Source: a virus | Lineage: Duplodnaviria; Caudoviricetes | DNA: 29,518 bases | Reading direction: 5' to 3' (one strand) | IMG/VR virus record: IMGVR_UViG_3300038313_000217 | Span: 1-29,518 of that record | Shown: piece by piece, positions 18,810 to 26,068 of the stretch | Layout of the letters: each line of letters begins with the position of its first letter | How positions within the stretch are numbered: position 1 is the stretch's first letter | Program-made: the position numbers and the translations under genes | Notes under the pieces: generated by a model | Seen by the model: only the letters and a program-made list of their open reading frames with translations | What the model was told of the DNA's origin: nothing | Database searches by the model: none

Positions 18810-19225
18810 AAGAATCTTTACTATTAATCCAGCATAAGCTCGCGGAGATCCCGGAGTTTCAATACATAGATAAAAACTGGGGACAACTACAATTCGAACA
18901 ACCACCGGTGAAGTTCCCGGTGGCACTGATTGATTTTGATGAGGGAAAATATCAGCAAGTATCAGGAGCGTGGCAAGATGGAGTTGCCATCATTACGGTG
19001 GTATTGGCAATTGACAGATCTCGACCTACATCGTATCAATCTCCCGGCAATGATGATTCTTACTACATGTTTGATCTGATCAAAAAGGTGCATGAGAAAT
19101 TGAATACACTGCAAGCCGGTATCTTTGAAGAGTTATATAGAGTAGGTGTCAGACGAACATACTCAAACCGCTCCTTTGAAGAGTACACACTTTATTATCA
19201 ATCAGTATTTAATGAATATGAGTAA
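18806..19225 (+). CDS. Putative tail terminator / neck protein (Mu gp37-like)
   Basis: 139-aa acidic protein with YIDKNWGQL and PPVKFPVALID, following the gpG-like gene. Confidence 0.55.
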   Translation: MKESLLLIQHKLAEIPEFQYIDKNWGQLQFEQPPVKFPVALIDFDEGKYQQVSGAWQDGVAIITVVLAIDRSRPTSYQSPGNDDSYYMFDLIKKVHEKLNTLQAGIFEELYRVGVRRTYSNRSFEEYTLYYQSVFNEYE

Positions 19226-19230
19226 TTAAA

Positions 19231-19361
19231 AAAGCCCCCATCTCCTAATGTAGCAATCCCCACGACTTCTACATTAGACAAAGGTGCCACAACACCACGA
19301 CAGAGGCTAATGTCTCTACGGTGTTGTGGCACCTTTTTATATAAAAAAAAACAGTCGTGGG
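19231..19361. ncRNA. Structured RNA element (hairpin, pseudoknot and long hairpin) upstream of the DNA methyltransferase
   Basis: 9-bp stem 19245-53/19269-77; its loop CCCACGACT (19259-67) is complementary to AGTCGTGGG (19353-61); perfect 17-bp stem 19280-96/19320-36 followed by a T tract. Confidence 0.7.
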
Positions 19362-19410
19362 TGACACGGCAAAATTAATAAAATTTTATCAATCAAAAAT
19401 TTAAATATTT

Positions 19411-20262
19411 ATGGATGTTTATTTGAAACCAAAACCAAAAACGTACACGGCAGCACCGCTGCCATTCATGGGACAGAAACGCCGCTTTTTAAAACAATTT
19501 AAAGGCTGTTTAAAAGAGCAATTCCCGGATGCAAAACTATTTGTCGACCTGTTTGGCGGCAGCGGTCTGTTATCGCACACAATCAAACGAAACCGCCCTG
19601 CAGCGAGGGTTATTTACAACGACTTTGATAACTTTTGTAAAAGGATTGAAAATATACCGATTACAAACAAATTGTTATCTGAACTCAGAGAGATTACAAA
19701 AAACTACCCAAAGGATGTACGCCTTGATGAGTTTGCTAAAAAGAAGATCTTAGAGGTGGTATTTCACTATGATCAGCACTACTACGTGGATTACATTACT
19801 ATTTCATCTAATCTCTTATTTAGCATGAAATACGTGTTAAATTACCAAGATCTCACAAAGCAAACTTTTTACAATTGCATCCGGTTATCTGACTATAATG
19901 CTGCCGGATATTTGGATGGATTGGAAGTAGTATCTGAAGACTACACCAATATATTTGATAAGTTTAAAGATGAGCCGGGAGTTGTATTTATAGTGGATCC
20001 TCCATACCTGTCAACCGAATGCTCGGTATATGACAATTACTGGAAGTTGAAAGATTACCTAAACGTTCTTAGAGTACTTAAAGGAACATCGTATATATAC
20101 TTTACATCAAACAAGTCGTCCATTATAGAGCTATGCGAATGGATCGATCAAAATAAAGACTTTGAAAATCCTTTTGTCAATGCAAGTCGAGATCAAATGA
20201 TTAACAGAGTCGCCATTAACACGGTCTTCACCGATATAATGATGTATCGCAAAGCAGCATAA
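19411..20262 (+). CDS. Orphan DNA adenine methyltransferase (D12/Dam-like, alpha motif order)
   Basis: PLPFMGQK, SAM-binding FVDLFGGSG, YNDFD and catalytic DPPY; no cognate endonuclease recognised. Confidence 0.92.
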   Translation: MDVYLKPKPKTYTAAPLPFMGQKRRFLKQFKGCLKEQFPDAKLFVDLFGGSGLLSHTIKRNRPAARVIYNDFDNFCKRIENIPITNKLLSELREITKNYPKDVRLDEFAKKKILEVVFHYDQHYYVDYITISSNLLFSMKYVLNYQDLTKQTFYNCIRLSDYNAAGYLDGLEVVSEDYTNIFDKFKDEPGVVFIVDPPYLSTECSVYDNYWKLKDYLNVLRVLKGTSYIYFTSNKSSIIELCEWIDQNKDFENPFVNASRDQMINRVAINTVFTDIMMYRKAA

Positions 20263-20289
20263 AAAAAAGGAGCAGAAGCTCCTTTTTTT
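20261..20289. terminator. Bidirectional intrinsic terminator
   Basis: A8-GGAGC-AGAA-GCTCC-T7 between the convergent late (+) and early (-) operons. Confidence 0.88.
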
Positions 20290-20330
20290 ATTGTTTAAAT
20301 ACTGTTTAAATGAAATTACAAAAAGATCAT

Positions 20331-20570
20331 TTAAGGTTGTTTTTTGCCCTTTTTGGCTTCCAACTCCTCCAGCTCTCTTAACCTGCCGGCAACGTTAGGA
20401 GTGTTCATGATTTGCATGAACGTATTATATGACATGGGGTAAACCGGATAAACGTATTCCCTCCATATCCCTTTATAAGACGTGATCCCTTCAACATAGT
20501 GTTTTTGAACTATATCAATTACTAACTTATACCGCCTTAATACATTTATCTGATTATACTTCCTAGCCAT
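20331..20570 (-). CDS. Small basic protein, probable DNA-binding; candidate late-gene activator
   Basis: 79 aa with helix-turn-helix-like IWREYVYPVYPMSYNTF; last gene of the early operon, where Mu-like phages often place activators (inference). Confidence 0.45.
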   Translation of the reverse strand: MARKYNQINVLRRYKLVIDIVQKHYVEGITSYKGIWREYVYPVYPMSYNTFMQIMNTPNVAGRLRELEELEAKKGKKQP

Positions 20571-20572
20571 CT

Positions 20573-20920
20573 TTAATTGAATTTTAATCTTGTTTGTACT
20601 GCGTTGTTTATACTGTGTACTATCTGATTTTCATAGATCAGATTAAATACTGCTTTCTCATATAATCCCATCTCATTCATGATCCCGCCGATACGATTTA
20701 TAAAAACGTATAATTGCGCAGGATCAAAAGAAAATGCGTAGGATTTTTGGTCTCTGAATCTCTTTGACTTTAAATTATCTCTAAAAGTCTCAAGGGTCTC
20801 CATTTCATATAGACTGAACAAATCTGTCACAGTCACAGAAGCAACTGCATATTGTGCAACTTTCAAGAGTAACTCATACTCCTCCCGGCTTACCTTGATT
20901 TGTATTTTTGTTACAGCCAT
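20573..20920 (-). CDS. Hypothetical protein
   Basis: 115-aa ORF tightly packed in the early operon. Confidence 0.65.
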   Translation of the reverse strand: MAVTKIQIKVSREEYELLLKVAQYAVASVTVTDLFSLYEMETLETFRDNLKSKRFRDQKSYAFSFDPAQLYVFINRIGGIMNEMGLYEKAVFNLIYENQIVHSINNAVQTRLKFN

Positions 20921-21339
20921 CTTTGTTGATTTAAATAGGTTGATCCATCACAATTTACACAACCGGGTTTGATTGTGTAGCTATATCTTCTAATCCCTTC
21001 TATAGCTGCTGCCTTATCTCCCTCTTTGAGCTTATTCCACGCCCTTTCTGCCGGTATCTTACCGCCTGCGTTATTACTCCCCCACATCTTAAGCCAAGCG
21101 CTCCAAAACGCCTTAAACGTGATCTCGTCCTGAACTTTTACCAGCTTGCCGGTTGTACCATCCACTAATCGATTGACATATTCTATCCGGGAGGATATTC
21201 TACTCATTAAAGCGGAGTGTTGCTCCGGTGTCAATTTAGCAGCACGAAAGTTGACGTAATCCAAAAAACCGTTGCTGTCATATCCTACTGTGACAGCACC
21301 CTCAATTTTTTCTGATGTTAGTACAAAGTTAGTTCTCAT
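20911..21339 (-). CDS. Hypothetical protein with C-terminal phage replication-protein-like helical domain
   Basis: F..FW..W, K..A.RAW.KL...D and TYLNQQRW pattern, as seen at the C-termini of phage replication initiators. Confidence 0.5.
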   Translation of the reverse strand: MRTNFVLTSEKIEGAVTVGYDSNGFLDYVNFRAAKLTPEQHSALMSRISSRIEYVNRLVDGTTGKLVKVQDEITFKAFWSAWLKMWGSNNAGGKIPAERAWNKLKEGDKAAAIEGIRRYSYTIKPGCVNCDGSTYLNQQRWL

Positions 21340-21623
21340 TTTTGATAAATTATTTTAATTCCACAAACCTCTGCTGTCTGGTGTTCAAACTTGGCACCTT
21401 TACTCTCTTTCCAATCTTTAAGCATAAATATTGCATCGCAACCGGTTAAAGCATTTATACAAACCTTCATACATTTTTCCCAACTCCATGACTGTGAAGT
21501 GATCCGCAATGGATTAACAACTTCATGCCCCTTGCGTTGAAATTGATATGAAGCTGCTGCAAACTTCACAAACACATCCCCAATCTTTTCACCGGTTACT
21601 TTTCCTGCAATATATACTTTCAT
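21336..21623 (-). CDS. DUF4406-like protein (nucleoside deoxyribosyltransferase-like fold)
   Basis: MKVYIAGKVTG, GHEVVNP and CDAIFML.DW..SKGA..E; start placed at MKVYIAG (21623). Confidence 0.8.
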   Translation of the reverse strand: MKVYIAGKVTGEKIGDVFVKFAAASYQFQRKGHEVVNPLRITSQSWSWEKCMKVCINALTGCDAIFMLKDWKESKGAKFEHQTAEVCGIKIIYQK

Positions 21624-21627
21624 ACTT

Positions 21628-22281
21628 TTACGCATCTGTTGCACTTAGTGGGATGGCTACCCATGCGCCCACCTCGTTTTTTTGTTCTACTTTAATTGAT
21701 GTTTTTGACAAAATTGGATTATAGGCTGATTCAATGATAGAAACTGCCTCCATCATCTCCTCATCATTGCGTTCCTCCGCAAATTTGCGAAGTCTCAATA
21801 CACTGTTTGCTCGAAGGTCTCCCTTCTTATTTTTACTGATCAGAGACAACAGCTGGCGAACCAATGAGGCGCTATTCTCATCAACAGCATAACTCTCCAG
21901 ACGTTGTTTAACTAAATCCAATCCGGATGTAACGGTGTCGTCCCAATCATCTAACATGTATCTGATCAGCGTGATCCTCTGAGTCTGATCTTTGTTAGTA
22001 AACGTATGGGTTTGATTGCTGTCTATACGCTCTCCATACAGATCACGTTTCATCTCAATGGCGGCTTTGAAGTTGTTAAACATCTCCTCTTTTACCTCCC
22101 GGATCTGATCCGAGATAAACTTAACTTTGGGCATACTCAAATTGATCTGTCTGTCCACCAGATCCAAATAGGCTTCTTTGTTATTGCGCCTTTCCTCTCT
22201 CTCTTGCCTTCTTTTCAAACGTTCGAGCTCTCTCTTTTTTTGCTCGATCTTTTTTTCTACCTTTTCTAATTCTTTACTCAT
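21628..22281 (-). CDS. DUF3164-like phage protein
   Basis: N-terminal coiled coil, THTFT, DDTV..G, G.L.AN.VL.L and C-terminal G.W..IPLS. Confidence 0.7.
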   Translation of the reverse strand: MSKELEKVEKKIEQKKRELERLKRRQEREERRNNKEAYLDLVDRQINLSMPKVKFISDQIREVKEEMFNNFKAAIEMKRDLYGERIDSNQTHTFTNKDQTQRITLIRYMLDDWDDTVTSGLDLVKQRLESYAVDENSASLVRQLLSLISKNKKGDLRANSVLRLRKFAEERNDEEMMEAVSIIESAYNPILSKTSIKVEQKNEVGAWVAIPLSATDA

Positions 22282-22337
22282 AACTGTTTTTTTTTTGTTT
22301 TTTATGTGAACTATATTTGATCAGCTCTGCTGTCTTT

Positions 22338-22751
22338 CTACTTACTTTCATCCCTACGTAATGACAAATCAACCTCCAACTCGGCTACTCTTTTTCTTAA
22401 ATAATCGATATCTGCAAATGATAAATTGAATCCCTGCATTTTTAAAATATCATCGCTAAACTTAGTATATGCCTCCTCTTTGTTGATTGGTATAGTATTT
22501 CTGAAATACTCCCTATGAATATCTGTTAACATTCTCTTTTGTTGCAAATCTTTCACATGCTCACGCAATTGATCTGCCACCTTCAACAAGTCATCTTCAT
22601 TAAATTTATGAACCTCCCTAACCCATGAATTAACAACCTCTGTAAAAGCAGCCCATTGATGAGAACGATGTTTTTTCTTCAGGATCTTAACCCAATCCTC
22701 ATCATAATAAAGAGATGTTTGTTCTAATTCTAATTTTATTGATTTTTCCAT
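22338..22751 (-). CDS. Hypothetical protein
   Basis: 137-aa ORF with A-rich start region; no motif recognised. Confidence 0.65.
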   Translation of the reverse strand: MEKSIKLELEQTSLYYDEDWVKILKKKHRSHQWAAFTEVVNSWVREVHKFNEDDLLKVADQLREHVKDLQQKRMLTDIHREYFRNTIPINKEEAYTKFSDDILKMQGFNLSFADIDYLRKRVAELEVDLSLRRDESK

Positions 22752-22831
22752 GTTTAATTATTGTTTTTAATTTTTAGATTACTTTTGCCAACGATTACAA
22801 TTAATCAATAAACCTTCTTGTTGTGCTACAA

Positions 22832-23143
22832 TTAAGAAGAAGGATGTTTTACATGTTCAAACCCATTATTATCAAGCCATTCTCGCATTTGGTCTGTAAC
22901 TCCCAGCCAACCTTTTATAATCCAACAAAGCCAAACATCTCTTTTAATCGGAATCTTTTTATCGTAAAGAGTTTGTCTTGCAAAAACAACGGGATAAAAT
23001 TCCGCTTTCCCTTTCTTCCAGTCATATCTTTTCATCTTCCAATTTTGGTCTATTTCAATAGGCATTTCTAATGTTAAATCATCGCACAACATTGGTTTGC
23101 CGTCAGTGGCAGTAATCTTATCGTTTTCAGCTTCTTTTTTCAT
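22832..23143 (-). CDS. Hypothetical protein (103 aa) within a putative integron-type cassette
   Basis: ATG 23143 follows A-rich AAAAACGAAATAAAA and is preferred over the track start at 23188; flanked by complementary 7-mers at 23084-90 and 22820-26. Confidence 0.65.
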   Translation of the reverse strand: MKKEAENDKITATDGKPMLCDDLTLEMPIEIDQNWKMKRYDWKKGKAEFYPVVFARQTLYDKKIPIKRDVWLCWIIKGWLGVTDQMREWLDNNGFEHVKHPSS

Positions 23144-23215
23144 TTTTATTTCGTTTTTAATTAATAATTTTGTTTTGAAACTTGCCACCGAACGGCAAGC
23201 CTTTTTCCGTTACTA
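23084..23215 (-). other. attC-like imperfect inverted repeat
   Basis: On the - strand: TAGTAAC-spacer-GGCTTGCCGTTCGGTGGCA, an AT-rich loop, then TGCCACTGACGGCAAACC-spacer-GTTGTGC; one bulged base; 132 bp in total. Confidence 0.55.
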
Positions 23216-23282
23216 CGATTATCTGACCGTCAATCCACAATTGCCCGTTCGCGTGAAATTCTTGGTATTTTATTGGTTTCAT
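23157..23282 (-). CDS. 41-aa ORF absent from the track (MKPIKYQEFHANGQLWIDGQIIVVTEKGLPFGGKFQNKIIN); possibly a truncated gene
   Basis: Translated manually; A-rich start region; fills an operon gap; reads through one arm of the attC-like site. Confidence 0.5.
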   Translation of the reverse strand: MKPIKYQEFHANGQLWIDGQIIVVTEKGLPFGGKFQNKIIN

Positions 23283-23298
23283 TGGTTTTTATTATTTA

Positions 23299-23532
23299 TT
23301 AATTACTCATATCCTCATCAAAACCATCATGATATTGAATGTGGCGCACTTTAATAATACTCTCACCATCATATTTCTTATGAAATACATGCCTTGCATC
23401 GCCTTCTGTTTTAGCGTACACAAGTGAACCATGTTTCGTACCGGTAACAGCATATAATTTAACACTGTGGTGCCTTGCGTTTTTTGTAACATACCCTTTC
23501 ATTGGTATTAAATCCCTTTTTTTCATTTTCAC
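23299..23532 (-). CDS. Small hypothetical protein, paralogue of 23529-23720
   Basis: Shares the VTG..HG....A..E..AR..F.K.Y..E.II.V pattern with its neighbour. Confidence 0.65.
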   Translation of the reverse strand: MKMKKRDLIPMKGYVTKNARHHSVKLYAVTGTKHGSLVYAKTEGDARHVFHKKYDGESIIKVRHIQYHDGFDEDMSN

Positions 23533-23720
23533 TTTGCTTTTAAAAACCAGGGGAGTATCAATCTCTTCACACAGATAATCTTCTCACATGGATATTCCTT
23601 CTTAAAGATCTCCCTCGCCTCTGTCTCATTGCTTGCATCTATTCGAAGCCCATGATAATCTCCGGTAACAAGCCACGTCCTCCATCTTTTGCTCCCCTTT
23701 TTGGTGCTTATTATTCTCAT
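23529..23720 (-). CDS. Small hypothetical protein, paralogue of 23299-23532
   Basis: Same shared pattern; stop overlaps the next start. Confidence 0.65.
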   Translation of the reverse strand: MRIISTKKGSKRWRTWLVTGDYHGLRIDASNETEAREIFKKEYPCEKIICVKRLILPWFLKAK

Positions 23721-23731
23721 CTCTCCCCCTT

Positions 23732-23962
23732 TTAGCTTACAACCTCTGCTTTCTCTCTTTTACTCTTAGGACGAATAATATCCGGATCACCATTGATCCT
23801 ACTGGGAACAATAGTGAATAATATCACTCGCTCTGATCCTACAAAGGATAATGCTTTGAGATGAGCATTAACTCCGATCCAGCCCGCAATGGGCATGTTG
23901 TCATCCCCAATCATATCTAATCTATGTTCTTGAGGAAAGTAATTGGCTACAAATTTTTTCAT
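23732..23962 (-). CDS. Hypothetical protein
   Basis: 76-aa ORF in the early operon. Confidence 0.6.
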   Translation of the reverse strand: MKKFVANYFPQEHRLDMIGDDNMPIAGWIGVNAHLKALSFVGSERVILFTIVPSRINGDPDIIRPKSKREKAEVVS

Positions 23963-23982
23963 AACGCTATATTTTAAGTTGA

Positions 23983-24483
23983 TTAATTGTTACTGGGTAA
24001 ATCTTGACCTTCGAGCTTCATACGCTCTCCGATCCGTTGTTTTCTACAAAATTCAGCATATAAGTTGCCGAGCATTCCGGATGAAATCTTATTGAAATCA
24101 CTTACACCGGAGGCACGACAGGCAACGGCTTTGACGTAATCCATGGACACATCCTTTCCTTGCAACTCAAACCATCTAAAAATTGCTTTGATAACGCCCT
24201 TGCGTTTCCTGTCTAGTTCTCGCCTATCCGGTGAATCAGGAGCCTGTCTGTCGATCATCTCCGATTGTGTCGCTTTGCTGCCTTGATACAGTCTATAAAG
24301 GCTGTTTATCAAGTCACGACACTCTATAAATGTAAGTTCACTTGTATGGGTGGTTCTACCATTGGTAAAGTCAAAAACCAAATCGGCAATCTGATCAGAT
24401 TCTCTAATATTCAACTGAGTGAATAACCAATACAGCTTCTTGTTTTGATCCGTTGTTCTTAAATTGCTATTTGTACTTTTCAT
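23983..24483 (-). CDS. Phage protein, possibly Mu GemA/gp16-like
   Basis: TNGRT....ELT..E...LI..L, LDRKRK.VI.AI and FNKI....L..LY..F patterns; follows the ATPases. Confidence 0.5.
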   Translation of the reverse strand: MKSTNSNLRTTDQNKKLYWLFTQLNIRESDQIADLVFDFTNGRTTHTSELTFIECRDLINSLYRLYQGSKATQSEMIDRQAPDSPDRRELDRKRKGVIKAIFRWFELQGKDVSMDYVKAVACRASGVSDFNKISSGMLGNLYAEFCRKQRIGERMKLEGQDLPSNN

Positions 24484-24488
24484 GGCTC

Positions 24489-25121
24489 TTAACTTGATTT
24501 ATGATCACCTTTTAACCAATATCTGTCCGCACCCTCTTCCCAAATGGTATAATAACCAACAGGACCAATAAAACGCCCTTTTGTGATGGCTCTGTAGCCT
24601 TCAACAAAGATTTTCATCATAGCATCAAACATAACTGACACGGCAGCTCTACCGGCAGGTTTACTGCCCTCAGCATGGCTCACAAATATGATGGTCTTGT
24701 CTTGGTGCCTGTTTTTAAATTCAAGATACTCTCTGTAATTCATTTGAGTATATTGGAAAGAATCTATAATAACCACCTCTGCGGATCTCCTCTTTGACAT
24801 CTCCTCCTCAATCTCTCTCATTGACGACTCCTCAATGATCCGCACATTACGGTGGTTTTCATGGAATCCGGCTTCTACGAATTTGTCTTGTAATGTTTTG
24901 CTCGTTCCCTCTTCTAATGATATAAAGTCAACTCGGGCAAATTGAGACAATTCTTTAATTAATTGTACAACAAATGAGGTTTTGCCGTTCCCGGAGGGTC
25001 CCCAAATAATCCAAACCCCACGACGCTCCGGCTTGCCAAAAGCCTCAAACCACTTCCCCTCAAAATCAAAGAGTTGATAGTTCTTTTTTAATAGGTTATG
25101 TATAGTTAAACTCTTTGCCAT
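24489..25121 (-). CDS. RecA/KaiC-superfamily-like ATPase
   Basis: Walker A GPSGNGKT, SLEEG, Walker B VVIIDSFQY and IFVSH. Confidence 0.8.
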   Translation of the reverse strand: MAKSLTIHNLLKKNYQLFDFEGKWFEAFGKPERRGVWIIWGPSGNGKTSFVVQLIKELSQFARVDFISLEEGTSKTLQDKFVEAGFHENHRNVRIIEESSMREIEEEMSKRRSAEVVIIDSFQYTQMNYREYLEFKNRHQDKTIIFVSHAEGSKPAGRAAVSVMFDAMMKIFVEGYRAITKGRFIGPVGYYTIWEEGADRYWLKGDHKSS

Positions 25122-26068
25122 TATCCTCTATAATTTAATGTTTGTTTAATGGTCTCAACTGTGAAAGGCGTTCCGGTCATTTCAATCTCTCTCATGGTAG
25201 GTACGATTACATCGTGAACCTCACCATAGTTGTCGCAAACTTCCCTAACAAATCGGATCACTTCACGATCAGTGATTGCAAGGGCATTGAAAAACTGTTT
25301 AAACGACCTGTCAATGGAGTCCAAACGGCGGATCCCAAATTTAATCCTTCTGTAAAACTGTGGGATTCCGTCCCGGTCTTTTCTGCGGAGTTTCTCTAAG
25401 TTCCGCAGCAATTGGGGGGTTCCAATCATAACAATACCACACACGCTGGTCAATTCATCATAAAGCAGCTTAATGGCACACATGGCGGGTTGTTTCATAA
25501 ACTCTGCCTCGTCCAGTATGATCATGGGTTTAAATCCATCTAACCGGAGTTTATTCATGTAATTAGTGATCTCCCGGAGTTTCCTGGACTTGCCCTTTGC
25601 CTCCGAGTTGATGCGAGCTGCGTCCATGATCTTATCGATCATATCGCCGATGGTATCGGTCTGACCGATCTTGATCATAAACACATCGTGAGGATGCTGC
25701 TGTGCAAACAATTCAGCTGCGAATGTTTTACCGGAGCCGGTGTCACCAATAATTACATTGGTGTATCCATACTCTCTTGCATCTTGCAAGGTTGACAGAG
25801 CTAACATCAATTGTCTTGTCTCAACGATCTTCCAATACTCCGGCTCTGTTTTATAGCTTATTGTATGAGCTATCTGTTTGTAGTATTTGTCGGATATTTC
25901 AACCTCCTTGCCTTCACCGGCATTGATGGTTGTTTTACCGGAACGGAGTGAGCTGATAATGGATGCGTTTACTCCGGATTTTTTCGCAAATTGTGCTGCA
26001 CTCATTTGGTGCTGTTGGAGGTACTCCTCTAATGCGATTAAAATTAATTCTTTGTCCTTGTTTTTCAT
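25121..26068 (-). CDS. MuB-like AAA+ transposition ATPase with N-terminal HTH
   Basis: HTH SAAQFAKKSGVNASIIS, Walker A GDTGSGKT, Walker B IILDEAE, IVMIGT and PQFYRR; directly after the transposase. Confidence 0.88.
   Translation of the reverse strand: MKNKDKELILIALEEYLQQHQMSAAQFAKKSGVNASIISSLRSGKTTINAGEGKEVEISDKYYKQIAHTISYKTEPEYWKIVETRQLMLALSTLQDAREYGYTNVIIGDTGSGKTFAAELFAQQHPHDVFMIKIGQTDTIGDMIDKIMDAARINSEAKGKSRKLREITNYMNKLRLDGFKPMIILDEAEFMKQPAMCAIKLLYDELTSVCGIVMIGTPQLLRNLEKLRRKDRDGIPQFYRRIKFGIRRLDSIDRSFKQFFNALAITDREVIRFVREVCDNYGEVHDVIVPTMREIEMTGTPFTVETIKQTLNYRG

Noticed and set aside
19411-20262. Restriction-modification system
   Set aside because: No endonuclease next to the methylase, which is followed immediately by a terminator.
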